From Chloroflexota bacterium (GTDB taxonomy: Bacteria; Chloroflexota; UBA11872; VXOZ01), in the NCBI GenBank assembly GCA_964291655.2, contig OZ219801.1, forward strand, positions 108,842-172,841: a DNA stretch of 64,000 nt, read 5' to 3'. Shown piece after piece: positions 39,661 through 48,432 of the stretch (positions are counted from its first letter, which is position 1; each line of letters begins with the position of its first letter). The notes beneath the pieces were generated by a model, which was given only the letters and a program-made list of their open reading frames with translations, had not been told where the DNA came from and made no database searches. Both the position numbers and the translations under genes were made by a program.

Positions 39661-39829
39661 CTGGCAGCGCTGGTTTGCTACCTGCGTCCACACGAACGTA
39701 CCCGCAGTGTGGCTCTGCGTCCCTCCCCATTCCGGTAGCGCAGGTTTGCAACCTGCGTCCACACGAATGTACCCGCAGTGTGGCTCTGCGTCCCTGCCCA
39801 TTCCGGTAGCGCAGGTTTGCAACCTGCGC
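39661..39829. repeat. Tandem array, 2.4 copies of a 71-bp unit that begins with the family-A hairpin
   Basis: Units start at 39661, 39732 and 39803. The unit is ccggtagcgcaggtttgcaacctgcg + tccacacgaatgtacccgcagtgtggctctgcgtccctgcccatt. The inter-hairpin segments are almost identical to each other. Confidence 0.9.
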
Positions 39830-39924
39830 CCGAGAAACCTCAACTAGCGGCTTGTGCGCCGCAGAAATTCGTCTACATCGCTGGTAAACGCCACCTGTGG
39901 TCAGATTCTCACGAGGAGGTCTGC

Positions 39925-41115
39925 TCACTCCCCCGCCAACGCACCCACCCCAGGCATGGCTGCCTCAATACGCTCCGCCGCCGCCATGAGATTTTCCAGC
40001 GAGTTGGCAAAAGAGAATCTCACGTAGCCTTCGCCGGCGGCGCCAAATCCCGTCCCGGAGAGCGAGGCTACCCCTGCTTCCTCCAGCCAATACCGTTCCA
40101 AACGCGCGGACCCCACGCCAAGCTCCTTCACGTTGCAGAAGGCGTAGAACGCCCCTTGCGGCACTAAACATGAGAGGCCGTCTATGGCATTGAGCGCGCC
40201 GATGAAGGCATCGCGTCGGCGGCGAAACTCCGCCACCATAGCATCTACCGAATATTGTGGGCCCTCAAGTGCCTCGATGCCTGCCATCTGGGTAAAGCTC
40301 GCCGTGCATGACGTGGCGTTATTCAAGATCAGTCCGATCTTCTCTGCCAGAGGGACCGGCATCACGCCGTACCCCAGGCGCCAGCCCGTCATGGCATAGG
40401 TCTTCGAATGGCCGTCCAGTAGAATAGTCTGCTCCTGCATTCCAGGGTGTGCCAAAATGGAAGCGTGGCTGCCATCGTAGACTATGCGGCTGTAGATTTC
40501 ATCGCTCAGCACCCAAATCGGCTTGCCCCGTACCATGTCGGCGATTTCCCCGAGCTCCTCCGCCGTGAACACGCCGCCGGTGGGGTTGTGGGGTGCGTTC
40601 AAGATAATGAGCCGCGTCTTGTCAGTAATGCTGTCGCGCAATTCATCCAGGTCCCAGCGGAACTGCCGCTCCTCGTAGAGGGTCAGCGGCACCCTGGCGG
40701 CACCGGCAAAGCGCAGCATTGAATCATAGGTGGGAAATCCCGGATCAGGGTAGATCGCCTCATCTCCAGGATTGACCGTGGCCAAGATTCCGGCAAAGAC
40801 GATTGGCTTCGCTCCCGGCGTTACCACCACGTTCTCGGCTGAGGCATCGACACCCCACCCTTGCTGCACGTATCGCGCTATGGCCTCACGACAAGGCATG
40901 AGACCGGGAGTAGGGCCATAATGCGTATGTCCGTCCTGTAATGCCTGAACGCCGGCCTCCACGATGTTTTCCGGTGTGGGAAAGTCCGGCTCGCCGATCT
41001 CCAAGTGGATGATGTCTTTCCCGGCACTTTCCAGTTTACGGGCGCGCGCAAGAACCGCGAACGCCGATTCGCCTTTCAATAGGTCGGTACGAGCGGCTAT
41101 GTTCGGGACAGCCAT
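39925..41115 (-). CDS. Class I/II pyridoxal-phosphate aminotransferase (aspartate aminotransferase-like)
   Basis: 396 aa. ATG preceded by AAAGGAG. Blocks NAPHNPTGG and the PLP-lysine block GHSKTYAMTGWRLGY. Confidence 0.88.
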   Translation of the reverse strand: MAVPNIAARTDLLKGESAFAVLARARKLESAGKDIIHLEIGEPDFPTPENIVEAGVQALQDGHTHYGPTPGLMPCREAIARYVQQGWGVDASAENVVVTPGAKPIVFAGILATVNPGDEAIYPDPGFPTYDSMLRFAGAARVPLTLYEERQFRWDLDELRDSITDKTRLIILNAPHNPTGGVFTAEELGEIADMVRGKPIWVLSDEIYSRIVYDGSHASILAHPGMQEQTILLDGHSKTYAMTGWRLGYGVMPVPLAEKIGLILNNATSCTASFTQMAGIEALEGPQYSVDAMVAEFRRRRDAFIGALNAIDGLSCLVPQGAFYAFCNVKELGVGSARLERYWLEEAGVASLSGTGFGAAGEGYVRFSFANSLENLMAAAERIEAAMPGVGALAGE

Positions 41116-41236
41116 CAGTCCACTCCTTTCCCAGAGGCATTACTGATTCAATTGTACTGGTTCCAAGAATCTCCGCCAACACTATGCTACACTCGTCGTA
41201 CCAAACGAGGGACAATCCGAAAGTTGGGAACCGCTC

Positions 41237-42187
41237 ATGGCACTTGCGACACTCGCCCAAGATCCAAGAATTTACCGCATTACGGCCATTTGGAATTGGG
41301 ACAGCATCGTTGAACTTTACTTTATCAACGGCCCCACGCGGGCGCTCATAGACACGGGAGCATCTGACACGCCGCGAGAGTACATTGAGCCTGCGCTGCG
41401 GTCGCTCGATCTGACGCTCGACGACATCGACGTCATTCTCAATACCCACGGGCACCAAGACCACATGGGTGGCAATCACGCGCTGCTCAGCAAGATTGAG
41501 GCACAGGTGTACATGCATCAAGATGATGCATTCCTCGTTGAAGACCTTGAAGCGCATATGGATTACATCTGGCACGCAGACAAGCACGTTCTTGGCTACG
41601 ACCTTTCGGCGCGGAGGGCGCAGTTTCTGCATACGGTAGGCGGCCCTTCAGCAGTGCACCGCAGGCTGGAAGACGGCGAGATTGTCGACCTCGGCGATGA
41701 CATCCAACTCCGTGTGGTGCACCTTCCCGGCCACTCACCGGGCAGCACTGCTTACCACTGGGAAGCCAAGGGCATCGCGTTCGTTGGAGACGCCGTGCAA
41801 GGACTTGGCAGCAAGCCGGGCACTTTCCCTCTTTATTACACGGCGAGAGGCTACGAGCAATCCATGCTGCGGCTGGCTGCTCTAAACATCGAGACACTCG
41901 CGCTCGCCCATCGATACCTATGGTCACAGGAACCCCGTGGCCCAATTCGCACCGGTAAAGTCGCGGAACAAACGGTGCAAGACAGCATCAACGTTGTCCG
42001 ATTGATTGATCAATCTGTGCGGCACGCGCTCGAATCTCTTGCAGGCGCCGGTTTTCTGCAAGTCGCGCTCGCCGCGACACAGGCGCTGGCTACCGAGATA
42101 CCCTTCACCGTCGATCCTCGCACGGGCTTGCCCACCGGCCTACCCGCAACCTTCTTTGCCCACTACACGGAACTAAATGGTGGCTAG
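41237..42187 (+). CDS. MBL-fold metallo-hydrolase
   Basis: 316 aa. HxHxDH motif (NTHGHQDHMGGN) and later HLPGHSPG. Confidence 0.8.
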   Translation: MALATLAQDPRIYRITAIWNWDSIVELYFINGPTRALIDTGASDTPREYIEPALRSLDLTLDDIDVILNTHGHQDHMGGNHALLSKIEAQVYMHQDDAFLVEDLEAHMDYIWHADKHVLGYDLSARRAQFLHTVGGPSAVHRRLEDGEIVDLGDDIQLRVVHLPGHSPGSTAYHWEAKGIAFVGDAVQGLGSKPGTFPLYYTARGYEQSMLRLAALNIETLALAHRYLWSQEPRGPIRTGKVAEQTVQDSINVVRLIDQSVRHALESLAGAGFLQVALAATQALATEIPFTVDPRTGLPTGLPATFFAHYTELNGG

Positions 42188-42272
42188 GGGCGCCCCCAAT
42201 GCGCTGGCTGCCGCCGTGTGTTGGTTGCCCGTCCCCACGTCCCGTGATAGAATCCCGCTGGGGACTGGTATC

Positions 42273-42357
42273 GCCGAAGTGGCGGAATTGGAAGACGCGC
42301 TACGTTCAGGGCGTAGTGGGCCTTGCGCTCGTGAGGGTTCGAGTCCCTCCTTCGGCA
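42273..42357 (+). tRNA. tRNA-Leu (anticodon CAG)
   Basis: 85 nt. Acceptor stem GCCGAAG/CTTCGGC, D-arm GCGGAATTGGAAGACGC, anticodon stem CTACG/CGTAG with loop TTCAGGG, long variable arm, T-arm GAGGG-TTCGAGT-CCCTC, discriminator A. The 3' CCA is not fully encoded (CCT). Confidence 0.88.
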
Positions 42358-42413
42358 CCTCATAGGCCTGGTGGCTCGTGCGACCAACCATCAGAGAAAG
42401 GTTTGGAAAGACC

Positions 42414-43247
42414 ATGAGCACACAGGATTCTAATCAGTTGGGCCCTCTGTTTACGCAGTACTTGCAAACAGTGGGCGTGGCAAACCTGAAGGGTGAAGAG
42501 GCCCGGCACCTCCGCAGATTTGTTAGTTGGTGCGGGCCGGACTCCCGAATAACATCGATCTATCCCCACCAACTGCAGACCTATCTCGATCAAGTAACAG
42601 CGACCGCTGCCGATCCCAAGCCCTGTGCAAGTGCCTTGCGTACGTTCTTTTCCCATGCGCTGAAGTCTGACTGGGTAGAGAACAACCCCGCCACCGGTTT
42701 GCGAATCACCAAGCGCGCCACTAAGAGCAATTCCCGTGCCGCCGATGCTCAGGCCGGAAGCACTTTCATCAGCCGCAAGCGCTACGATGAATTGGGTGCT
42801 GAATTGAAGAACCACAAGAGTGAAGGACGCGAGCGCATCAGTAAGCTTCTGCATGCGGCCATCAAGGATGGCGATCTGCGTGAGAATGCGGCCTATGATG
42901 AGGCAAAGTATCAGCAAGGCATGCTGGAAGCCCGCATTCGCGAACTGGAGCAAACGCTCCGTACAAGCACGATTACCGAAGAGGAAGCACGGCCGGCAAA
43001 CGGCGGTATTGACGCCGCCGACGAGGGCGTCAAGATTGGTATGCGCGTTGAATTGGAATTGACTGACGGCAGTGAGACCATTGCTTATCAATTGGTTGGA
43101 CCTTCCGAGGTCGACCCCCTTGAGGGCCGGATTTCGTACCTCTCTCCCGTTGGAGCAAGCCTCCTTGCCAAACGCGCCGGCGACACCGTTGCCGTGGAAA
43201 CGCCTGCCGGAAGTGAGACCTATCGGGTTCTTAGCTACTCGTTCTAA
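42414..43247 (+). CDS. GreA-family transcript-cleavage factor with an N-terminal integrase-type SAM-like (core-binding) domain
   Basis: ATG 42414 (MSTQDS..). The first 100 aa follow the tyrosine-recombinase core-binding pattern (FTQYLQ..HLRRFVSW..I..QLQTYL....ALRTFFSHALKSDWVENNPATGL). The rest is GreA-like: coiled coil with GDLRENAAYDEAKYQQ and a C-terminal domain GRISYLSPVGASLLAKRAGDTV. Confidence 0.75.
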   Translation: MSTQDSNQLGPLFTQYLQTVGVANLKGEEARHLRRFVSWCGPDSRITSIYPHQLQTYLDQVTATAADPKPCASALRTFFSHALKSDWVENNPATGLRITKRATKSNSRAADAQAGSTFISRKRYDELGAELKNHKSEGRERISKLLHAAIKDGDLRENAAYDEAKYQQGMLEARIRELEQTLRTSTITEEEARPANGGIDAADEGVKIGMRVELELTDGSETIAYQLVGPSEVDPLEGRISYLSPVGASLLAKRAGDTVAVETPAGSETYRVLSYSF

Positions 43248-43492
43248 CCACTCGCAGCAACCGCCAAGCGGATACTGAACCGCGAGAGTCCGTCTGCCGG
43301 CTGGTCTCGCCGCGGCCCAATTCCACCCGCCGGAACCTGCATGTAGCAACTGCTACATGCTACGCCTGTGTTGAAGACTCTTGTGCGCCGCCCCCACGTC
43401 GAATCCGCTTGTGAACGCTCCTAGTACCGCCTCCAAATGGCTGGTACAATACGAGTGTACCTGCCAAATATTGTCCACCAGAGGATGTCTTG

Positions 43493-43918
43493 ATGGAGAC
43501 CATTGCTGCTGTTCTTAACTATGTCCTTGCGTTTCTTATCGCCTACTTTCTCGCGTTGTGGGTAGCCCTTGCCATCTGGGCATTCTATGACATTCGCACT
43601 CGCACCACTGACATATTGGTGCAGCTCTTCTCGGTTCTTCTCGTGCTGGCCTTCAATGTTTTCGGCCTCATTCTTTACTTGTTCCTCCGACCTAAAGATA
43701 CGCTGGCAGAGGCAAACGTACTGGCGTTAGAAGAGGAGAGCTTCTTGGCCGAAAGCGAATCCTTGTCGCGATGCCCCAATTGCCACTATCGCTTGCAACA
43801 CGACTACCAGCTTTGTCCAATGTGCCAGCTTGAAATCAGAAGGCGCTGTACCGGCTGCCGGAATCTCACCGACTTGCAGTGGAGTGCTTGCGCCTACTGC
43901 GGGACGCCGGTCAACTAA
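43493..43918 (+). CDS. Membrane protein with PLD-nuclease-N-terminal-like (PLDc_N) TM domain and a double zinc ribbon
   Basis: Two TM helices with FYDIRTR and FGLILYLFLRP. C-terminal CPNC..CPMC and CTGC..CAYC pairs. Confidence 0.6.
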   Translation: METIAAVLNYVLAFLIAYFLALWVALAIWAFYDIRTRTTDILVQLFSVLLVLAFNVFGLILYLFLRPKDTLAEANVLALEEESFLAESESLSRCPNCHYRLQHDYQLCPMCQLEIRRRCTGCRNLTDLQWSACAYCGTPVN

Positions 43919-44014
43919 GCTCGCTAAGGCTAGTCTTAGTGAGTTCAGGCCGATACTCTTCACCAACTCTTCGCTTTCCCATTCTGCAACTCACCTCCAC
44001 GCTTAAGGATTGCC

Positions 44015-44791
44015 GTGCCACTCGCAGCCAGCCAAGACACTGAAAGCCGCACGTTGACGGAAACCTCCGATGTACCTGACGACTCCCGGCTTTCGGTCCG
44101 CGAATGGCCGGCGGCGGAGAGACCACGTGAGCGCTTGCGCGACCTTGGTCCTGCTCACCTATCGACTGCTGAGCTCCTCGCCATCATTCTGCGTACGGGC
44201 ACGCGCGAGAGTTCCGTTGTAGCCGTCGCCCAAGGGTTACTTGATAAGTATGGTGGGGCCAGCGGCTTGGCCCAAGCGAGCTTTCGGCAGATTACCCAGT
44301 ATCCCGGCGTTGGTGAAGCAAAAGTAGCCCAGTTGAAGGCGGCGCTGGAGCTTGGCCGCAGAGCCAGCGCGAGTTCCCAGCCCGTACAACCCGTAATCCG
44401 TTCGGCCACCGACGCGAAGAACTTCCTGCTGTCCGACTTTGTCGACGAGGAGCAAGAAAAATTCCTCGTAGTTTTGCTGGACACCAAACACCATGTGGTG
44501 GGCAAAGAAACTTTGTATCGCGGCACGCTGAACCAGACGGCAGTTCGTCCCGCCGAGGTCTTCCGCGAGGCCGTGCGGGCCAACTGCGCGGCCGTGCTGG
44601 TTGCGCACAACCACCCGAGTGGCGACCCTACCCCTTCCGCCGATGACGTTGCCACCACGGCCCGGTTGGAGAGTGTAGGTGATCTCTTGGAGATTGAGCT
44701 TGTCGACCACATCATCATGACACGCGACGGCGCACTCTCACTACGGGAAAGAGGACTTGGCTTTACCCGTAAGCGCCCGCAAGGGACATGA
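44015..44791 (+). CDS. radC: RadC-family JAB/MPN-domain protein
   Basis: 258 aa. N-terminal ERPRERL and AELLAIILRTG blocks. JAMM-like HNHPSGDPTPSADD. GTG start uncertain. Confidence 0.85.
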   Translation: MPLAASQDTESRTLTETSDVPDDSRLSVREWPAAERPRERLRDLGPAHLSTAELLAIILRTGTRESSVVAVAQGLLDKYGGASGLAQASFRQITQYPGVGEAKVAQLKAALELGRRASASSQPVQPVIRSATDAKNFLLSDFVDEEQEKFLVVLLDTKHHVVGKETLYRGTLNQTAVRPAEVFREAVRANCAAVLVAHNHPSGDPTPSADDVATTARLESVGDLLEIELVDHIIMTRDGALSLRERGLGFTRKRPQGT

Positions 44792-44941
44792 CAAGGATCC
44801 ACATAGGTACGCCCAGTTTGAGCTGAGATTGAGACGCGGCGTGTGATCGGGCAAGTTGCCAAGAAGCTCCAGGACAGTAACTTTCTGCAGGTTCCAGCAC
44901 GAGACATTGCAGCATGTATACAATGTTATGCTATAGGAAGA

Positions 44942-45637
44942 ATGCCGACCTTAGGCTGGGAGGAGATCGCCACGAAATCATTCGCTAAGGAAGTTCTGCA
45001 AACGCTTCTACTCACCGCCATCATCTTCTTTGGCACACGTCTAGCGGTTCAAAACTATCGCGTCGAAGGCAGTAGCATGTATGGGACACTCCACCACAGT
45101 GAGTTCGTCTTGGTAAACAAGCTTGCCTACGTCCGCTCGGAGCCGCAGCATGGCGATATAATCGTCTTTAACTATCCCATTGATCCTTCAGAGCAGTTTG
45201 TCAAGCGCATTATTGCCATACCCGGCGACACGATTGAGATTCGCCAGGGCGTAGTTTATGTAAACGGTGAGAGTGTGACTGAACCATACGTCAGTGTGGG
45301 GTCTCAACTCGCTGGATTTGCCAACCGGGACGAACTCTCGAGCCGTACGATTCCCGCGGATGCCTACTTTGTGATGGGTGACAATCGGCGCGGCAGCAGG
45401 GATTCTCGAGAGTGGGGATTCTTGCCGCGCAAATTCATCGTGGGCAAAGTCTGGGTAGCCTATTGGCCTTTGGAGGACTTCGGCGTTATCGAACACTTCG
45501 AGCTCATCGTGCCGGATCCCATTGACCGCAAGGAAGCTGTCGTCTTCGACGAAGTCGTCGTCTTTGACGAAGTCGTCGTCTTTGACGAAATCGTCGTCTT
45601 TGACGAAGTCGCTGATTACGACAAGGTCGCCGTCTAG
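44942..45637 (+). CDS. lepB: Signal peptidase I with a repetitive acidic C-terminal tail
   Basis: ATG 44942 preceded by AGGAAG. Catalytic Ser box VEGSSMYGTL, Lys box FVKRIIAIPGD, FVMGDNRRGSRDSREWGFLP. The C-terminus carries (VVFDEV)x4. Confidence 0.85.
   Translation: MPTLGWEEIATKSFAKEVLQTLLLTAIIFFGTRLAVQNYRVEGSSMYGTLHHSEFVLVNKLAYVRSEPQHGDIIVFNYPIDPSEQFVKRIIAIPGDTIEIRQGVVYVNGESVTEPYVSVGSQLAGFANRDELSSRTIPADAYFVMGDNRRGSRDSREWGFLPRKFIVGKVWVAYWPLEDFGVIEHFELIVPDPIDRKEAVVFDEVVVFDEVVVFDEIVVFDEVADYDKVAV
45539..45610 (+). repeat. Four tandem copies of an 18-bp unit inside the lepB 3' end
   Basis: gtcgtcttYgacgaaRtc repeated at 45539, 45557, 45575 and 45593. Encodes VVFDEV x4 in frame. Confidence 0.9.
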
Positions 45638-46071
45638 TGCCTCCCGACCTCTTTGAATACCTCTTCGCGGCCCCCGGACCGCCGGGATCATTCTATCGCG
45701 AAATCGCGCCCCTGCTTACGATAGGGTTTGGCTCCGGTCTGGGGATTTCATTCGTCTATTACCTAATTAGCGGAATGCTCTTCGGCAGCAGCCCACTACG
45801 GCGCCTGGCCGTACGGGTAGTATTGCTAACCAGTATGGTTATCAACGGCCTGGGGCTGGTGGCCGTATTCTTGCGTCAGGCAGGATGGGGCATCCTTTCC
45901 TACCGATTCGTGCTCGTCCTCATTGCGTTCGTGCAGATCTACATCTTGGTCAGGACGTTTTGGTACCTCTTCCGCGTGTTGCCCGCCAAGATAGCTGAAT
46001 CGGCAGAAAACCGGAACAAGAAAAAAGGTGGAAGTAAACGCAAGCGGGCGCCACGACGCAAGAAACGCTAG
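45637..46071 (+). CDS. Hypothetical membrane protein with a Lys/Arg-rich C-terminal tail
   Basis: 144 aa. GTG overlaps the lepB stop (TAGTG). Three predicted TM segments. Tail NRNKKKGGSKRKRAPRRKKR. No family recognised. Confidence 0.5.
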   Translation: MPPDLFEYLFAAPGPPGSFYREIAPLLTIGFGSGLGISFVYYLISGMLFGSSPLRRLAVRVVLLTSMVINGLGLVAVFLRQAGWGILSYRFVLVLIAFVQIYILVRTFWYLFRVLPAKIAESAENRNKKKGGSKRKRAPRRKKR

Positions 46072-46121
46072 CGCCGACTCCCACGTGCAGGTGCAGGCCG
46101 GAGGCAGGTCCGTTTGACGGT

Positions 46122-46625
46122 CTACGGCCGAAAAGGCATCTCAGCCATCGCCGCTGAGAGACGCTCGAAGGTTTCTTCCAGCGTCTCGGGAATTACCCGC
46201 GTGCCGGATAATACCGTCATGAAACTCGTGTCGCCCTCCCAGCGCGGCACGATGTGCATGTGGACGTGGTCGAGGATGCCCGCACCGGCCGCGGCGCCCA
46301 AGTTCATGCCGACACTTACCGCATGGGGGCGAAACGTGCTTCGCAAGAGCCGCACGCCGTAGCGGACGACGTGCATGACGTTCGCGCTCTCCTCTGCCGA
46401 TAGGTCGTTCAGGTCCCCGACGTGCCGGAACGGCACCACGAGGAGGTGTCCGTTATTATAGGGGTAGCGATTGAAGACTATGAAGCACGCCTCATTGCGG
46501 TGCAGCACGAGATTGGCCTTGTCGTCAAGCCCTTCGCTCGCCAAACAGAACACGCACCGGTCGTTTGGCTGCTTCTCTCGTTCCAGGTATTCCTTACGCC
46601 ACGGTGACCACAGAATATCCATCAA
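46122..46625 (-). CDS. HIT-family nucleotide hydrolase/transferase
   Basis: 167 aa. Histidine triad HVHMHIVPR and NRYPYNNGHLLV block. Confidence 0.85.
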   Translation of the reverse strand: MMDILWSPWRKEYLEREKQPNDRCVFCLASEGLDDKANLVLHRNEACFIVFNRYPYNNGHLLVVPFRHVGDLNDLSAEESANVMHVVRYGVRLLRSTFRPHAVSVGMNLGAAAGAGILDHVHMHIVPRWEGDTSFMTVLSGTRVIPETLEETFERLSAAMAEMPFRP

Positions 46626-46654
46626 CGTCCTTACCGGATGACTCGACTCATCTC

Positions 46655-47392
46655 TTGCCCACGCTCCGCGCCGGCTGCGCGGCGTTTGACGTTGCCCTCT
46701 ATCCCAACCAGGTACGGCGATTGCAAGACTACATGACGCTGCTTTTGGGACAGCGCGGGCAAGTAAATCTTACTGGAATTCGCGATCTCGCGCAGGCAGA
46801 GCGGCTGCTTCTACTAGAGTCTATTGCTGCCGCAATTGCCTTGCCAATCCTGCGTGCACCTCCCAGCGGCACTGTGGCGCTCCGGCTCTTGGACGTTGGC
46901 ACCGGCGGCGGTATTCCGGGAATACCTTTGGCAATTGCCTTTCCACATCTCTCAGTCACGCTGATCGAAGCGACACGCAAGAAGGTGGACTTTCTGGGGC
47001 ACGCCGTGCGATCGCTGGGCCTCAAAAACGTTGAAGCGCTGTGGGGACGAGCGGAAGAACAAGGTCACGTGGCGGCGCTTCGTGAGCAGTATGACGTCGT
47101 TACGGTGCGGGGTGTGGGCGGACTTGCTACGGTGACCGAACTGGCACTGCCGTTCTGTGCGTTGGGCGGCAGGCTATTAGTCTACAAGTCTTTACCGCTA
47201 GACTCTGAAATTCAAGCGGCAATGCACGCGATCAATGTACTTGGCGGAGGCAGGCCGCGCGTTACGCCGTTCAATCTGCCTGAATTACCGCAGCAGCACT
47301 GTGCAGTGACCCTAAGTAAGGCCGCAGGCACGCCACAGCAGTATCCGCGCCGTGACGGGCTACCTGCCCGGCGCCCGCTCACAGAAACCTAG
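46655..47392 (+). CDS. rsmG: 16S rRNA (guanine527-N7)-methyltransferase
   Basis: Blocks NLTGIRD and the SAM-binding LLDVGTGGGIPGIPLAI. TTG 46655 chosen so the gene does not overlap the divergent HIT gene; the start is uncertain. Confidence 0.78.
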   Translation: MPTLRAGCAAFDVALYPNQVRRLQDYMTLLLGQRGQVNLTGIRDLAQAERLLLLESIAAAIALPILRAPPSGTVALRLLDVGTGGGIPGIPLAIAFPHLSVTLIEATRKKVDFLGHAVRSLGLKNVEALWGRAEEQGHVAALREQYDVVTVRGVGGLATVTELALPFCALGGRLLVYKSLPLDSEIQAAMHAINVLGGGRPRVTPFNLPELPQQHCAVTLSKAAGTPQQYPRRDGLPARRPLTET

Positions 47393-47513
47393 ATCTACCC
47401 AGTCACACGCAGCGCCGTCGCGATTCTCTATGGGATGCTCAGGAGAATGCGCGTCGCTTGGACAATGGCGGCTGTTTGTTGCTGCATGCGCATGCAACAT
47501 CTGCACGTCTTGC

Positions 47514-48263
47514 TCATAGAAGTTCCGCCGCCGCACTGTCTACGAACACGGTGACGTGGCGGTGGAGTTGGAGGAAAGAGGCAGGAACCTGCGGCGTAAG
47601 CGGGCCGGCAATGGCCCGGTGGACTGCCTGTGCTTTGGTGGCGCCGCTTGCCAAGAGCAGAATGCGCTCGGCCTTGAGAATCGTCCCCATGCCCATCGTT
47701 ATGGCACGGCTGGGGAATTCACTGAGGCGGGCAAAGTGGCGCGGATCAGTTTCGCTCCAGTATTCGAACGCCAGACGACGAGTCTCAGCACTGAGGCGCG
47801 CCACGTGGACGTTCGCGCGCAACTCGAGCCCCGGTTCATTAAAGCCCACATGCCCGTTCAGGCCGACCCCTAGCACCGCTAGATCGAGGTATCCCGCGCC
47901 CGCAATGGCATTCTCATAGGCATGGCATTCGACGTGCGGGTCCGGTGCGGCGCCATTGGGAATATGCACTTGACTCGGCTGCAGGTTTATGTGACCCAAG
48001 AAATGGTCCCGCATGTAGGTGTGGTAGCTTGCGGGATGTTCCGGCGACAGGCCAAGGTATTCATCGAGATTGAACGTTTGCACCCGTGAGAAGTCAGCGG
48101 TGCCTCGTCGATGCGCCGCCACAAGCTGCCGGTACATTCCTATGGGTGTTGCGCCCGTGGGCAGCCCCAGCACCAGGTCCGGTTTCTCGCCAATAGCCTT
48201 ACAGACGGTTTCCGCCGCACACAGACTCAGGTCTTCGTACGACGGCACCGTAACGACTTCCAT
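47514..48263 (-). CDS. nagB: Glucosamine-6-phosphate deaminase
   Basis: ATG 48263 (MEVVTVPSYEDLS..). Blocks LGLPTGATPIGMY, FNLDEY and LGVGLNGHVGFNEPG. Confidence 0.88.
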   Translation of the reverse strand: MEVVTVPSYEDLSLCAAETVCKAIGEKPDLVLGLPTGATPIGMYRQLVAAHRRGTADFSRVQTFNLDEYLGLSPEHPASYHTYMRDHFLGHINLQPSQVHIPNGAAPDPHVECHAYENAIAGAGYLDLAVLGVGLNGHVGFNEPGLELRANVHVARLSAETRRLAFEYWSETDPRHFARLSEFPSRAITMGMGTILKAERILLLASGATKAQAVHRAIAGPLTPQVPASFLQLHRHVTVFVDSAAAELL

Positions 48264-48432
48264 TTGCCTCCCTTTCTTGTCCGCGCCCATTATACACAGT
48301 TGCGTGCCAAACAAGCGGCAGCCCGATTTGCGGGCAAAGCGTTGCCTATTAGGACAAGCATGGTGCTCCGCAGTATACTTGCAGGCAAGTCAACGCCAAT
48401 GCTATTCGCCCGTGATTGCAAGGTGAAAGACC

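Noticed and set aside
39661-39829. Possible CRISPR array (regularly spaced copies of a 27-nt palindromic repeat)
   Set aside because: The segments between the hairpins are nearly identical to each other, so this is a 71-bp tandem repeat and not repeat plus unique spacers. There are only 2.4 units, no cas genes are in the window, and the same hairpin occurs singly at three other loci.
42414-42710. tRNA-adjacent integrase marking an integrated prophage or genomic island
   Set aside because: Only the N-terminal core-binding-like domain is present. No catalytic R-H-R-Y recombinase domain, phage genes or attachment-site repeat of the tRNA 3' end were found downstream. It is reported as a domain fusion instead.
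42360-43349. 329-aa ORF on the minus strand, antisense to the GreA-fusion gene. Similar long antisense ORFs lie at 1754-2425, 12365-13054, 14021-14884, 17001-17753, 18397-19122, 32985-33665 and 44155-44907.
   Set aside because: These are typical high-GC shadow ORFs. Each lies fully inside a gene with clear family motifs on the other strand, and each has Arg/Ala/Gly/Pro-rich low-complexity translations and no recognisable motifs.
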